DNA from: Nitrospirota bacterium
GTDB lineage: Bacteria > Nitrospirota > UBA9217
Assembly (NCBI GenBank): GCA_963737155.1
Contig: CAVTRN010000002.1
Span: 2,144,001 to 2,208,000 of the forward strand
Reading direction: 5' to 3'
DNA: 64,000 nt
The number at the start of each line of letters is the position of its first letter. The stretch's first letter is position 1. Below the pieces are notes generated by a model. It saw nothing but the letters and a program-made list of their open reading frames with translations, was not told the DNA's origin and did no database searches. This document shows positions 50,766 to 62,571 of this stretch, in pieces. The translations under genes and the position numbers were made by a program.

Positions 50766-51668
50766 TTAAACCTTGTCAACCGATTTTTGACCCAGGAGTC
50801 CGGCAGGTCTTATAATGAGCGTAATGATAAGCACAACAAAAGCGAAAGCGTCTTTGTATACGCTGGAGATATAGCTAGCGCCAAAATTTTCGATCAAACC
50901 GAGCACGAAGCCTCCGAGCATAGCGCCGGGGATGCTTCCGATTCCTCCGAGAACTGCCGCCGTAAAAGCTTTGATGCCGGCCAGGTAACCCATAAAAAAA
51001 TACACGACGCCATAATAAAGGGTTACCATGACTCCTGCAACCGCGGCGAGCGCCGATCCAATCATAAACGTAACGGAAATGACCTGATTGATGTTGATTC
51101 CTACGAGTCCCGCCATTACATTATCCTGTGATGTGGCACGCATTGCTTTTCCAAGCCTAGTTTTTGTCACGAAAAGATGGAGCACAATCATCAACAGGAT
51201 TGACGAAATCAGAATGAAAATCTGAACCGGTGAGACATTGGCTCCGAAGACTGAAACACCCTTCGACGGCAGCATCGGCGGCAGGTTTTTGTATTCCTTA
51301 CCCTGGAAAAGCATTACAGCGTTCTGAAGGATGATCGATGTTCCCACGGCGCTGATGAGCGGCGCTAGCTTTGTTGCATTTCGGAGCGGCCGATAGGCTA
51401 CCCGTTCAATCGCGGCGCCATAGACGGCACAGAAAGCCATGGACACAAGAACGGTAATCAGCAGTGAAAGCGGCAGACTGTATGCTGTCAATCCCAGGGA
51501 AGTCAGCATTCCGAGGATAATGATGCCTAGATATGCCCCGAGCATGTAGACTTCGCCATGGGCGAAGTTGATCAGCTGCAGGATTCCATAGACCATGGTA
51601 TATCCCAGCGCGATGAGGGCATATACCGCACCCAGAGCAAGGCCGTTTATAAGCTGTTGAGTAAACAT
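50766..51668 (-). CDS. livH: Branched-chain amino acid ABC transporter permease
   Basis: QQLINGL, INFAHGE, GKAMRA, KAFTAAVLGGIG. Confidence 0.93.
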   Translation of the reverse strand: MFTQQLINGLALGAVYALIALGYTMVYGILQLINFAHGEVYMLGAYLGIIILGMLTSLGLTAYSLPLSLLITVLVSMAFCAVYGAAIERVAYRPLRNATKLAPLISAVGTSIILQNAVMLFQGKEYKNLPPMLPSKGVSVFGANVSPVQIFILISSILLMIVLHLFVTKTRLGKAMRATSQDNVMAGLVGININQVISVTFMIGSALAAVAGVMVTLYYGVVYFFMGYLAGIKAFTAAVLGGIGSIPGAMLGGFVLGLIENFGASYISSVYKDAFAFVVLIITLIIRPAGLLGQKSVDKV

Positions 51669-51772
51669 TACGAATCAAGAATAATAGTAATGCACAAAGT
51701 CGGATTATCTGTTTCTGATGTCATTTCTCTTCAGTTTCGGAATCGTTTTTATAGACACATGAAAATGCACGC

Positions 51773-52867
51773 CTATTGTACTTCGACAAATTTACCCTTC
51801 TGGACAACCCACATTACATAAGGAGCCTTGGTCACATCTCCGTTTTTGTCGAATGAAATGTCGCCAAAGGCGCCATGAAATGTCGTTTTTGAAATATACT
51901 GCGCAATCTTTGTCCCCTCCGTAACGCCCGTCTGTGCGATTGCGGTCAAAATAATATTTGCCGCATCGTAGGCATAAATCGAATAGGGACCAGGGTCTCC
52001 ATATTTGGCTTTATAGTTCTTTATAAATGATTGTGCAGTAGCAAGACCTGATGGCTCTTTCCCGAATGTAATGTAGGTTCCCTCTGAAGCGGGGCCTGCA
52101 ATGCTGATAAAAGTCGGATCGAACACTCCATCTCCGGTGACCATGGGAATGTTCAGCCCGATCTCTTTCGCCTGGCGCACGAGTCTGCCCGCTTCCGGAT
52201 AAATGCCTCCGAAGAAGTAAACATCAGGTTTATTTTCCTTGATGGTCGTGAGTACAGCCTTGTAGTCGGGATCCCTCTGAATGATGCCTCCGTAATAGAC
52301 CAATTCAACGTTGTCGCCCAAGGACTTCCTGAAATAATCAGCGAGTCCCTGTCCATAGGCTGTTTTGTCATGGATGATCGCCACGCGACTGGGATGGAGT
52401 TTTTTCAGCACAAAATCAGCGGCGGCTCGGCCCTGCTGGTCGTCGGTGCCGCAAACACGAAAGACTCGTTTGAATCCTTGTTGGGTTAGCTGCGGGTTGG
52501 TCGTGGCCGGAGAAATCATGACTATATTGGCATCATCGTAAAATTTAGACGCAGGGATGGAACAGCTTGAGTTCCAATGGCCGACCAGCGCCACCACCTT
52601 CTCGTTAATAAACAAGTTCGCGATGGATACGGCCTGCTTTGGGTCTGCTTGATCATCACCGGCTACCAGGACGATTTTTTTACCGAGTACACCACCCTTT
52701 GCGTTCCACTCGGCGACCGCAAGTTCAGTGGCATTTTTGAGATCCATCCCCATTTTGCTCTGGTCGCCGGTAAGGGGGCCGGCGGCACCGATTTTAACTA
52801 CGTTATCATCCTGATGAGTACATCCGAAGAGCATCGCTATCACGATTACATACAATATATTTTTCAT
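51773..52867 (-). CDS. livK: Branched-chain amino acid ABC substrate-binding lipoprotein
   Basis: LFGC lipobox, GPLTG, DDQADPKQA, GHWNSSCSIPAS, YGQGLAD. Confidence 0.9.
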   Translation of the reverse strand: MKNILYVIVIAMLFGCTHQDDNVVKIGAAGPLTGDQSKMGMDLKNATELAVAEWNAKGGVLGKKIVLVAGDDQADPKQAVSIANLFINEKVVALVGHWNSSCSIPASKFYDDANIVMISPATTNPQLTQQGFKRVFRVCGTDDQQGRAAADFVLKKLHPSRVAIIHDKTAYGQGLADYFRKSLGDNVELVYYGGIIQRDPDYKAVLTTIKENKPDVYFFGGIYPEAGRLVRQAKEIGLNIPMVTGDGVFDPTFISIAGPASEGTYITFGKEPSGLATAQSFIKNYKAKYGDPGPYSIYAYDAANIILTAIAQTGVTEGTKIAQYISKTTFHGAFGDISFDKNGDVTKAPYVMWVVQKGKFVEVQ

Positions 52868-53578
52868 CTATCCCTTCCTGACTTCAGGATTGTCTGATCC
52901 GGTTTTCTCAAGTATCCGTATCATTTCAGTCGCTGTTTGTCGAATGTCGTGAGCGGATAGTATGGCCGATATCACCGCTATTCCATTCGCCCCTGAGCTG
53001 ATCACATCCGCGGCATTTGCATGGTTGATGCCGCCGATTGCGATGATCGGAATTGAAACTGCTTGCCTGATGATCTTGAGGTGCTCAATTCCCTGAACTG
53101 CCCCGGCTGCTTTCGTTTCGGTCGAAAATATTGGACCGAACCCGATATAATCGGCACCTGCACGTTCCGCGTCTTGGGCCTGTTCCCTACTATGCGTCGA
53201 TATGCCGATTACTTTTTCCTTGCCGATGATTTTTCGAGCCGCTTCAATCGGAAGATCGTCTTGGCCCAAGTGCACGCCATCGGCATCAACAGCCATCGCA
53301 ATATCTGCGTGATCATTGACTATAAACAAAGCTTCCGCTTTACGCGCCACCTGTGCCAGTAAAAGCGCAGTTTCCCATATCAGCCTTCGGGACCCGCTCT
53401 TGTTCCGATATTGGAAGAACCGAACCCCCGCAGAAAGAGCCTGTAACATTGCTTGATCCGTCCGAACGTGGAGCATATCCTGATCAAGAATCAAGCAGAG
53501 TTCGGGAAATTTACTTGGATGGATTGTTATACCTCTCCATGAAATTCGTTGAGATGTCCCCTTTTTGGAAATCGGCAT
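52868..53578 (-). CDS. thiE: Thiamine phosphate synthase
   Basis: [33 protein letters not shown]; true start probably closer to the accC stop. Confidence 0.92.
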   Translation of the reverse strand: MPISKKGTSQRISWRGITIHPSKFPELCLILDQDMLHVRTDQAMLQALSAGVRFFQYRNKSGSRRLIWETALLLAQVARKAEALFIVNDHADIAMAVDADGVHLGQDDLPIEAARKIIGKEKVIGISTHSREQAQDAERAGADYIGFGPIFSTETKAAGAVQGIEHLKIIRQAVSIPIIAIGGINHANAADVISSGANGIAVISAILSAHDIRQTATEMIRILEKTGSDNPEVRKG

Positions 53579-54857
53579 CCGAAAGAATTTTTTTGTGCAT
53601 TGGGATCGTCGTTTTCACGCCTTCGATAATGAACTCGTCCAGAGAGCGCTGCATGCGCATGATGGCCTCGTCACGAGTTGCCGCATGGACAATGAGCTTC
53701 GCAATCATCGAGTCGTAATAAGGTGGGATCACATACTGGGTATATGCCGCGGTTTCAACCCTCACGCCCAGTCCTCCCGGTGGATTAAAGGCCGTTATCG
53801 TCCCGGGTGAAGGAGTAAACTTCTCCGGATCCTCGGCATTGATCCTGCACTCGATGCTGTGCCCCTGTACCCGGATCTGGTCCTGGGTGAATGAGAGCGG
53901 CATTCCGGCCGCGACGCGAATCTGCTCCTTCACCAGGTCAATGTTTGTAACCATTTCCGTCACCGGATGTTCAACCTGAATGCGTGTGTTCATTTCCATG
54001 AAATAGAACTTCCTGCTTCCATCCATGAGGAATTCTATCGTTCCCGCATTGCGGTACTTGACGGTTTTCGCGATGGATACAGCCATCTCTCCCATCTCCC
54101 TGCGCAGACGTTCATCAACGATGACCGACGGTGCCTCCTCAATCAGCTTTTGATGACGCCGTTGAATAGAGCATTCGCGTTCTCCCAGATATACGGCATG
54201 ACCTTTCTCATCGGCCATTATCTGTATTTCGATATGACGTGGTTGAAGAATGTATTTTTCGATATACACATCGGCATTGTTGAAAACAGCCAGCGCTTCG
54301 GCTTGGGCCATGACAAAAGCTTTGGCAAAATCGGCCTCGCTCATGACCACCCGCATCCCTTTGCCGCCACCTCCGGCGGCGGCCTTAACAATTACCGGGA
54401 ACCCCAGTCCGCGTGCAATCTCAATGGCGATGCTTTCCTCGGTCACTACGCCATCGCTGCCGGGAAGCACAGGCACTCCCGCCTTCTGCGCCGTCTCCCT
54501 CGCCTTTGCCTTGTCTCCCATGAGTTTGATGCTCTCCGGGCTTGGCCCGATAAACCTAATGCCGGTAGAATTACACACTTCGGCGAAGCTGGCGTTCTCG
54601 GCCAGAAATCCATAGCCCGGATGGATGGCTTCGGTATCCGTGATCTCAGCCGCACTTATAATGCTCGGCACATTGAGATAACTGTCAGCGCTTTTCGGCG
54701 GACCGATACACACACTCTGGTCGGCAAATCGTACATGAAGCGAATTAGCATCAGCCGTCGAGTGAATCGCCACGGTTTTGATGCCCATCTCCTTGCAGGC
54801 ACGAATGATCCGAAGCGCTATCTCTCCGCGGTTGGCAATTAATATTTTTTTAAACAC
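53511..54857 (-). CDS. accC: Biotin carboxylase
   Basis: [42 protein letters not shown]. Confidence 0.97.
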   Translation of the reverse strand: MFKKILIANRGEIALRIIRACKEMGIKTVAIHSTADANSLHVRFADQSVCIGPPKSADSYLNVPSIISAAEITDTEAIHPGYGFLAENASFAEVCNSTGIRFIGPSPESIKLMGDKAKARETAQKAGVPVLPGSDGVVTEESIAIEIARGLGFPVIVKAAAGGGGKGMRVVMSEADFAKAFVMAQAEALAVFNNADVYIEKYILQPRHIEIQIMADEKGHAVYLGERECSIQRRHQKLIEEAPSVIVDERLRREMGEMAVSIAKTVKYRNAGTIEFLMDGSRKFYFMEMNTRIQVEHPVTEMVTNIDLVKEQIRVAAGMPLSFTQDQIRVQGHSIECRINAEDPEKFTPSPGTITAFNPPGGLGVRVETAAYTQYVIPPYYDSMIAKLIVHAATRDEAIMRMQRSLDEFIIEGVKTTIPMHKKILSDADFQKGDISTNFMERYNNPSK

Positions 54858-54907
54858 TCATACACCTCAAGCCGTAATGGATTATCACGAATCCCTGATT
54901 ACTTTTT

Positions 54908-55378
54908 CTACATCGGCTCTATCGAGAAAAGCGACTGACCGTACTCCACCGGCTGTCCGTTTTCAATCAGTATCTGAACGATTTTCCCCGAGGTTTCCGA
55001 TTCGATTTCATTCATGAGCTTCATCGCCTCAATGATGCATAGGACCTGACCCTTTTTTACGATGTCGCCAACCTCTACATAAGGCAACTTATCCGGCGAA
55101 CTGGCACGGTAAAAAGTGCCGACGATCGGGGCCGTCACTTTGATCTGGCTTGTTATCGCGGGTTCAACGGGCTTTTCAACCGAAGCCGTCTGCGCTTCGT
55201 TTACTGCAGGGGCTACAATGGCTGCCGGCGGGTACTCCATGCGCGGCATAACAGGATGAAACGTAACGTCGCCGCCTTTTCTGAGACGCACTTTTACGCC
55301 GGAACGCTCAATCTCCAGCTCCGAGATATCGGTGCCCTTCAGCATCTCGATGAGTTCCTTAATTTCCTTAAGGTTCAT
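54908..55378 (-). CDS. accB: Biotin carboxyl carrier protein
   Basis: [18 protein letters not shown]. Confidence 0.97.
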   Translation of the reverse strand: MNLKEIKELIEMLKGTDISELEIERSGVKVRLRKGGDVTFHPVMPRMEYPPAAIVAPAVNEAQTASVEKPVEPAITSQIKVTAPIVGTFYRASSPDKLPYVEVGDIVKKGQVLCIIEAMKLMNEIESETSGKIVQILIENGQPVEYGQSLFSIEPM

Positions 55379-55536
55379 GATGACTCCTTTTGCCCTTCAC
55401 ATATGTCAAACGTTGTTAATCAAATAGCTGATGTGCCTTCACGGACTCGGCATGAACGGTAAAAGCATAGACTATCGATTGTATCCCGTTTTTCCTAGCT
55501 ATTAAGAGGAAGAACGGGATGAAGGCATCTGTCTGT

Positions 55537-56103
55537 TTATTTTTTAACCCGCTCAATAAAGATTCCCGTACGAGTATCGACTTTAATTACGTCGCCCTCG
55601 TTCAGATAGAACGGGACCTTGACCACGGCTCCTGTTTCCAGGGTGGCTGGTTTAGAACCTCCTGAAGCGGTGTCGCCCCTCACACCGGGATCGGTCTTTG
55701 CAATTGCGAGTTCAACAAACATCGGAACGTCAATGTTGATGGGTATACCTTTATGATAGAGAACCTTTATCTCCATGTTCTCTTTGAGATAGTTGATGCT
55801 GTCACCGAGTTGTGACTCGTGCAGCGATACCTGCTCATATGAAGTTGTATCCATGAAAATGCGGTCCTTATCCGCCGCATAAAGATACTGCATTGTCTTC
55901 TCTTCCAGCTCCGGAACATCGACTTTTTCTCCCGAGCGATAAGTCCGATCGATGACATTCCCTGACTTGAGGCTTTTCATTTTTGTCCTCACAAAAGCCC
56001 CGCCCTTACCAGGCTTCACATGCTGGAATTCCACAATCACAAAAGGCTCACCTTCAATTTCTATTTTCAAACCATTTCTAAATTCCGTTGTTGATACAGG
56101 CAC
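55537..56103 (-). CDS. efp: Elongation factor P
   Basis: HVKPGKGGAFVR, RGDTASGGSKPATLETG. Confidence 0.97.
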   Translation of the reverse strand: MPVSTTEFRNGLKIEIEGEPFVIVEFQHVKPGKGGAFVRTKMKSLKSGNVIDRTYRSGEKVDVPELEEKTMQYLYAADKDRIFMDTTSYEQVSLHESQLGDSINYLKENMEIKVLYHKGIPINIDVPMFVELAIAKTDPGVRGDTASGGSKPATLETGAVVKVPFYLNEGDVIKVDTRTGIFIERVKK

Positions 56104-56201
56104 CTTCTACTACCTCCCTTTCATCCTGCGATTTGATTTTTTATCTCATTATAGAAAAACTGACAGCCATCGAAATATCCGACTTCCCCGATTTTTCGAC
56201 A

Positions 56202-57287
56202 TCATAATCTCTTTAAAAGATCAAGCTCTCGCGGTAGTGTGGTCAACACCTTCGCACCACTGTCCGCTGCCAGCAACATGTCTTCAATCCTAACGCCCCC
56301 CCATCCGGGGATGTAGATCCCAGGCTCGATGGTAAAAACCATGTTTGCTTCAAGGCTGTCCTTAGACAGCGGAGACAGTAAAGGGCCCTCATGCACCATG
56401 AGTCCGACACCGTGCCCCGTTCCATGACCAAAGTGCTTTCCGTGACCTGCCTTCCTAATGACCTCACGTGCAGCATTGTCCACCGATTTGCATTCAACGC
56501 CGATACGTGCGTTCTTCATGGCCTCGAACTGAGCAGCCAGCACGATCTGATGGATTTCCGTTTGTCGCGCAGTCGGCCGTCCCACACAAAGCGTCCTCGT
56601 AATATCGCAGAAATATCCGTGCGCCTCAGCGCCAAAATCGATGGTCACAAGATCGCCTCTCCTGATGCGACGGTTCGTTACCGCAGCATGAGGCATGGCC
56701 CCGTTCCCCGCTGATGCTACGATTGTATCAAAAGCCGCTTTGCGGGAGCCCTTTTCTCTCATAAGGTATTCGAGTCTGAGCCCCAACTCCCTCTCAGTCG
56801 CCCCCGGCTTGATGAGAGGCTTCAATTCATGGAATGATTCTTCCGCCCTTGAGATGGCCATACGAATATAAGCTAATTCGTTCCGATCCTTGTGAAGCCG
56901 CAGCTGGCGAGAAAGATCACGATGTCCCCTTGCGCGAAGACCTATTTTTTTTAGTTTTTTGATTATTTCGACGGTGAGTGACGATTCATCTAACCAGATA
57001 ATTTTTATGCCCCAATCGAAGGCTATTTCCTGAAGCGCCGCGAAGAAATCCTTTTTTTGTATGAGAATCGTCACTCCGGCGGATTCTCTGCGCGATTGCA
57101 ACTGATACCGAAAATCGGTAATCAGGCAGGGTTTGTCTGTTGAAACCAGCAGCGAACCCGATGATCCGGTAAATCCAGTAAAATACCGAACGTCTTCACG
57201 GCGGGTAACGAGCAGCGACTCGACCCCTTCCTTTTTCATGAGCTCTTTAAGCCGTGAAAGACGACTGAGTTCAGGTCTTTTCTTCAT
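56202..57287 (-). CDS. Xaa-Pro aminopeptidase (M24)
   Basis: TDFRY, DFGA...[29 protein letters not shown]. Confidence 0.93.
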   Translation of the reverse strand: MKKRPELSRLSRLKELMKKEGVESLLVTRREDVRYFTGFTGSSGSLLVSTDKPCLITDFRYQLQSRRESAGVTILIQKKDFFAALQEIAFDWGIKIIWLDESSLTVEIIKKLKKIGLRARGHRDLSRQLRLHKDRNELAYIRMAISRAEESFHELKPLIKPGATERELGLRLEYLMREKGSRKAAFDTIVASAGNGAMPHAAVTNRRIRRGDLVTIDFGAEAHGYFCDITRTLCVGRPTARQTEIHQIVLAAQFEAMKNARIGVECKSVDNAAREVIRKAGHGKHFGHGTGHGVGLMVHEGPLLSPLSKDSLEANMVFTIEPGIYIPGWGGVRIEDMLLAADSGAKVLTTLPRELDLLKRL

Positions 57288-57733
57288 TTCATATTTCCAC
57301 TGTCTTTGGCAAGCGCGACGGCGGCTCTTAGAGCAAGAAGGTAGCTATCTGGTCCAAACCCCGAAATCTGCCCGACGGCAACGCCGGAGATGAATGAAGT
57401 TTTTCGGAACTCCTCGCGTTTGTAGATATTAGAGATGTGAGTTTCTATCGTAGGGATTCCGACCGATGATATTGCATCGCGAAGAGCGATGCTCGTATGG
57501 GTGTAGGCCCCCGGGTTGATCACGATTGCTTGGTACACACCTATGGCGTCCTGAACTTTTTGCACCAATTCGCCTTCGTGATTCGACTGGAAGAATGATA
57601 CGCTCACTCCGAGTTCCGCGGCCAGCGCCGTGATCCGTCCGTTGATGTCGTCGAGTGTGCATGAACCGTAAATAGAAGGTTCTCGTTTGCCAAGGAGATT
57701 CAGGTTCGGGCCATTAATGAACAATATTTTCAT
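57284..57733 (-). CDS. aroQ: Type II 3-dehydroquinate dehydratase
   Basis: [41 protein letters not shown]. Confidence 0.96.
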   Translation of the reverse strand: MKILFINGPNLNLLGKREPSIYGSCTLDDINGRITALAAELGVSVSFFQSNHEGELVQKVQDAIGVYQAIVINPGAYTHTSIALRDAISSVGIPTIETHISNIYKREEFRKTSFISGVAVGQISGFGPDSYLLALRAAVALAKDSGNMK

Positions 57734-57807
57734 GAAATCCCCACAAAAAAATAAAAACTGCCTGAGGCAGTTTGAAATACTGACCAAATAAAAGGATGAA
57801 GTCTTTT

Positions 57808-58164
57808 CTAAAATTCCTTTAGCAGCTTGGGGGCAGACATGCGAAGAAGAAACCTTCCTTTGCCGAAGTTACCATCAGGTTTAATAACGAGCACGAAAAA
57901 ATATTCATCATTCAACCGCCGGAGCATTATTATGGCCTTGTCGGCAATGACTGTAACTTCCCTCATGGAGCCCATCTGTGCTGTTTGTGATCCTTTTTCA
58001 ATCTCTTTGAGAAGCGCGGAATATTCAACAGTCATTGATTGAATATCCATTTCCTTGCCGACTGAATATTCTTCTACTGGGATGCCATCCAGCCCCACGA
58101 TTAGAGCGCCCACTGCCCCTTCCGTTCCGTTTACGACCTCCTTCATTATATCGGAAAAAGGCAT
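57808..58164 (-). CDS. Roadblock/LC7 protein, MglC-like
   Basis: GLDGIPVE motif, [11 protein letters not shown]; lies upstream of efp-accB-accC as Myxococcus mglC does. Confidence 0.7.
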   Translation of the reverse strand: MPFSDIMKEVVNGTEGAVGALIVGLDGIPVEEYSVGKEMDIQSMTVEYSALLKEIEKGSQTAQMGSMREVTVIADKAIIMLRRLNDEYFFVLVIKPDGNFGKGRFLLRMSAPKLLKEF

Positions 58165-60021
58165 TTATCTCTCCTTTTTAATATTTTTAAGCCAGTTTTC
58201 GAGACGATCAATTGTCTCTTTCCTGGCCGTAATCGACTGCAGTGGCGTCAGACGTACTTTCCCCTCACTGGCTTCACGGGGCAATCCATCGGATGGTATA
58301 TATTCTCGTGGCTCAAAATCCACGGATGCCTCATTCGTTTTCACAGATTTCCGGTCACGAGAGGACGCAACAATACCGGACGCTGGCATTTCAGCCACGG
58401 CTTGAGAAAATTCCTCCGTTTCTGCCCCTAGTTTGTACTCTTTTGCATCGTCGAAAATACTTGCTGTCTTGCTTTCTGATTTTATAAGTGGCGCTAATAC
58501 ACTTTCTTCCGGCTCAGCCTGCCTCTCAGTCTCTAGCGATAGAGGCAGACTATTCTTTTCAACAGCCTCAAGTGGAGAAGATTCCTTCTCCCCGATCAAC
58601 ACTTTTGACTCTAGGATTTCCACCGGTGTTTCTGCGGCAGGCGATTCCTCCGGCTTCTCCGTTTCCTCCTGCATTATAATGAATTCGTTCGGTTTTTCGA
58701 AGATGCCTGGTTCTATTTTCTCTTCCAGAGATTCAAGAGACTCCATGACTTCCGAAGCGTATTGCTCAGGCGGATTAACCGAAGCCATTGCCCTTACCCG
58801 TTCCAATTTCTCCTTGAGCCCGAGGTTTTCAGGACGATCAGCCATCATTCGCTCATAGATATCGATAGCCTTTTCAAAAAAACCCTGGGCGATGTAAAGC
58901 TCCGCGAGCGTATCTGTGGTAAAGTCGTCGGATTCATCAGCTGCCGGTTTTTCTAAAAGTACCGTTTCGGGACTTGTTGCGGCGACAATCTCGAAGGGTT
59001 GCACCACAGTCTCAGATGCCACGGGGATCGCCGATTCCTGTACCCCAAACAAACCGAGCTTCTCCTCCGGCAGTTCGTGGTCGAATATCGAAATATCAGT
59101 TTCCGATGTCTCCCTGTCCCAGGTTAAATTCTCGGGAACGCTTTCCCTGGGAGACGGTTCCCCTGCGAAGAACGGTGCCTCGAAAGGGCCCACTTCCTCG
59201 ATCGGCTCAACCGAAAGGACCTCTTCAGGTACCTCCATTTCCGGAGGGGCTGCGAAAGATACCGGCGTTTGTTCTGTCTCGGCCAATAGATTCTTATTCT
59301 CGGGAATTGGAGACAGGGGAAGTTCCTGATAGGCAGATTCTGAAGCCTGCTCTTGTCCTACCGACGTTTCCGCAGATTTTATAATCTCTGATGTCTTTTC
59401 CTCTCCTGATTCAAGGCTCCGGATCAGAGACTCGGGTTTTAGCGGAGGGACATCTTTCGAAAGTTGCTGCTCTTCTGCAATCACCGCAAATGCCTGCAGC
59501 GCAGAAGCCGTATTCATTGAATTAACAGGAGTTTCAGACCATTCCGGCCCCTCAGCTGTGCCGAGTACTGGCGAAACAGGTTCCATTTCTCGCTCAGGAT
59601 TTGTTTTTGTCCCGATGCTTTCCTCTAGTTTAGAAACCAGTGCGGCAAAAAATTTATCGCCCGGGTTCAAAGCCAGAGCAATTTTATAATGTTTGAGAGC
59701 CTCGATGTGATTGAACTGTAGAGAGTAAAGTTCGCCCAGTTTTCTCTGGGCTAGCAAGTTATCCGGAATCGCCTTAACGACTTCCTCAAATTCCTTCTGG
59801 GCTCCAACCAAATCGCCGGACTCATAAAGCAGTCTTCCGAGCACAGAACGTGCTGTCACATAAGTTGGATTATTCTTAAGGCCATCCGACAACACATGAA
59901 TAGCCATCTCGATGTCGCCAGCTTTTTTGTACTCTTCTGCCAGCGGTACAAAAAGTTTTGACTTAGGATCCTTCGAGATCCGCTCCGTCAGCTTTACTAT
60001 TTCGGAGTTTACTTTATCCAT
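58165..60021 (-). CDS. TPR protein with long acidic low-complexity linkers
   Basis: N-terminal TPRs; E/P/S-rich middle; TDTLAELYIAQG TPR; C-terminal LENWLKNI helix. Confidence 0.8.
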   Translation of the reverse strand: MDKVNSEIVKLTERISKDPKSKLFVPLAEEYKKAGDIEMAIHVLSDGLKNNPTYVTARSVLGRLLYESGDLVGAQKEFEEVVKAIPDNLLAQRKLGELYSLQFNHIEALKHYKIALALNPGDKFFAALVSKLEESIGTKTNPEREMEPVSPVLGTAEGPEWSETPVNSMNTASALQAFAVIAEEQQLSKDVPPLKPESLIRSLESGEEKTSEIIKSAETSVGQEQASESAYQELPLSPIPENKNLLAETEQTPVSFAAPPEMEVPEEVLSVEPIEEVGPFEAPFFAGEPSPRESVPENLTWDRETSETDISIFDHELPEEKLGLFGVQESAIPVASETVVQPFEIVAATSPETVLLEKPAADESDDFTTDTLAELYIAQGFFEKAIDIYERMMADRPENLGLKEKLERVRAMASVNPPEQYASEVMESLESLEEKIEPGIFEKPNEFIIMQEETEKPEESPAAETPVEILESKVLIGEKESSPLEAVEKNSLPLSLETERQAEPEESVLAPLIKSESKTASIFDDAKEYKLGAETEEFSQAVAEMPASGIVASSRDRKSVKTNEASVDFEPREYIPSDGLPREASEGKVRLTPLQSITARKETIDRLENWLKNIKKER

Positions 60022-61084
60022 TGATTTTTCTTATATTATCAATCCTATACCAAAAAAGTTTACCAAATAAAGGGGTTAAAAGTCAAGGTAATACTTTGTT
60101 TTCTCTATTTTAGAAAACGGTGTTTTCCCTAAAAAATACATATATATCCGTTTATGCCAACTATTGCAAACAAAACACTTAATTTGACATCCTTCCCGAC
60201 ATGGATTCCCAAATCAGATTCTGTTTATGCTGAGAACTAATGCTGATTCTGGTCGCAAATGTGACAGAGGTGTTTGCCTTTTTTGCCTTAAAGTCTTTCG
60301 GAAAGCTGAGCGTCCTTCGGAAGTACAGCAGAAGTATTCAGGTTTCACTTGACAACGTTTGTTTGGATTTCACAGTCTACAAATTAAATTTGCGACGGAC
60401 GTCAAGCGGTTTGACTTTATGTCTCCTTTTTTTCACGGAGAGCGAACAATGGTTTATACCTGCCAAAGCACTTCCAATACTGCCTGAGTCCTTTGCGTGT
60501 GCAACGTATGATACCAAAAGGGAATGTTCTTGCTTAATAGAGGCATCAAGGTCCGCGCAGGATGGTATCTTGCCAGTGATTTCCCCAGCTTTTTTATAGT
60601 TCGCATGGTGGTTTTCCGTAGCTGCGTTGCAGCAAAAAACTAAGCAAGCTAAGAAAAAGGCAGTGTTGTCGTCAGTTACCAATGCCCCTATCGACAGTAT
60701 TGCTTGCATCTCACGCTCTTAGCAGGATTAATCATCGTTATCAATTGCATTAGAAAGGGGAATATATGACCAACTTACAAAAAATATTATCCGGTTGCTT
60801 CGCAACCAGCGTCTTATCACCGCTCTGAAGAGAAGGGGTCCTACTTGGGTGATAACGATAGTCCGAAGACGTTTAGATTTTAAAATACTATGTGATTCAA
60901 GAAGAATTGAAAAAAACAGTTGGCCGCGTTAACAACGATTTTGAAGGGAGCGGAAGTATAGTGACACGCAGTGTGCTTAATATCGTATTGGGACTACAGG
61001 CAGATGAACGATCTGGCGGCCTAAATGACAGGGCCAGCCATTATGATTGCCGAGATAAAAAACAGGTGGGTTTCATCATAAAAA

Positions 61085-61627
61085 TCATCCGATGCCGCAT
61101 ACATCCGCACCGCACTTTAAAGCGCTTTCATTTAATGGAATTAAAAAATGTCTTCGGGGAGGAAGCACTTGTTTGAGAGCGGCTAAAACCGAATCCAACG
61201 CAACAACACCCGTTTTCTTAAGAAACGCGCCAAGCATCACCATGTTCGATATGCGGATGTCTCCGAGTTTTTCAGCGATATCATTTGCACGAATCTCTAT
61301 TCTCGTTATGTCGGAACGAGTAGATGACGCCAGTACCAGGGAGGTATTCAGAAAAATGAGGCCGCCCTGCACGATTCTTTTTTCGAACTTCTGGAACGAA
61401 GCTTCGTTGAATATCAGCATCGTCGAGGGTTTCTGCACAACCGGAGAGCCGATTTCCGTGCCGGAGATGATGACCGTGCAGTTTGCCGTCCCTCCCCGTA
61501 TTTCTGCTCCATAGGAAGGGAACCATGTCACATGCTTGCCTTCTAGCATGCCGGCATAGGCGAGCAGTTTTCCCGCGACGAGCACGCCCTGTCCGCCAAA
61601 ACCCGCTATCATGACATCCTGATACAT
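61085..61627 (-). CDS. 2-oxoacid:ferredoxin oxidoreductase gamma subunit
   Basis: AGFGGQG, PSYGAEIRGGTANC, NMVMLGA. Confidence 0.92.
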   Translation of the reverse strand: MYQDVMIAGFGGQGVLVAGKLLAYAGMLEGKHVTWFPSYGAEIRGGTANCTVIISGTEIGSPVVQKPSTMLIFNEASFQKFEKRIVQGGLIFLNTSLVLASSTRSDITRIEIRANDIAEKLGDIRISNMVMLGAFLKKTGVVALDSVLAALKQVLPPRRHFLIPLNESALKCGADVCGIG

Positions 61628-61629
61628 GG

Positions 61630-62409
61630 TCACTTCCAGTCTCTGTTCTGTTGATCCAACCCGCCGCCCTCCATGGGCCTGTCTTTGAAAACGCCAAGGG
61701 AATAGTATTTCATCATATGACCTCGGACCCATGACACAGCTTGCAATGGCGTCATTCCCCAATCCGTAGGACACATCGAGAGTGCCTCTACCAGTGAGAA
61801 ACCCTCGCCTGCTATCTGATATTCGAAGGCCTTCCGAATTGCTTTTTTCGCGGCAAGAACATTTCTAGGACTGTCAAGCGATACCCGTTCTATATAGGCT
61901 GGCCCATCAAGCACCGCGAGCATTTCACTCACCCGGACAGGACTGCCTGCATCGCGAATATTTCTCCCCGAGGGCGTGGTTGTCGTTTTCTGGCCCGGCA
62001 GTGTCGTCGGTGCCATCTGACCTCCGGTCATACCGTAATTTCCGTTGTTCACGAAAATCACCGTTATATTCTCGCCACGGGCAGCTGCATGTACGATCTC
62101 CGCAGTCCCTATCGCCGCCAGATCGCCATCGCCCTGGTAACTGAAGACGACGGATTCCGGCCGGGACCGTTTCATGCCGGTGGCAATCGCTGGGGGCCGG
62201 CCATGCGGCACCTCGATCATGTCAATGTCCAAGTAGTCATAGGCAAAGACCGCGCAACCAACCGGCGCGATTCCGATGGTACGGCTACGAATACCCAGAG
62301 AGTCTATGGTCTCGGCTACGATCCGGTGCAGAACACCATGACTGCATCCTGGACAATAGCGAAAGGGTTTGTCTTTTAAGCACGATGGTCGTGAGAAAAC
62401 TTTATTCAT
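61630..62409 (-). CDS. 2-oxoacid:ferredoxin oxidoreductase beta (TPP-binding) subunit
   Basis: YCPGCSHG, PVGC, HGR, QGDGDLAAIG, YGMTGGQMAPTT, CPT.W. Confidence 0.92.
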   Translation of the reverse strand: MNKVFSRPSCLKDKPFRYCPGCSHGVLHRIVAETIDSLGIRSRTIGIAPVGCAVFAYDYLDIDMIEVPHGRPPAIATGMKRSRPESVVFSYQGDGDLAAIGTAEIVHAAARGENITVIFVNNGNYGMTGGQMAPTTLPGQKTTTTPSGRNIRDAGSPVRVSEMLAVLDGPAYIERVSLDSPRNVLAAKKAIRKAFEYQIAGEGFSLVEALSMCPTDWGMTPLQAVSWVRGHMMKYYSLGVFKDRPMEGGGLDQQNRDWK

Positions 62410-62495
62410 TGGTTATTGTGATGTGACAAATATCGCTTGACAATCTGCCCTTCACTCTGCTATTTTATCGTGCTGCCGCATTAAGCCATCATGAT

Positions 62496-62571
62496 GCCGA
62501 GGTAGCTCAGTTGGTAGAGCAGAGGCCTGAAAAGCCTCGTGTCCGCAGTTCGATTCTGCGCCTCGGCACCA
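62496..62571 (+). tRNA. tRNA-Phe (GAA)
   Basis: GCCGAGG/CCTCGGC acceptor stem; anticodon arm GAGGC-CTGAAAA-GCCTC; TTCGA T-loop; encoded CCA; TTGACA upstream at 62437. Confidence 0.97.

Noticed and set aside
60240-61176. Short ORFs in the spacer between the TPR gene and the gamma subunit (also 17357-17554 and 29065-29262)
   Set aside because: No convincing RBS or family motif; they may be remnants but I cannot support a call
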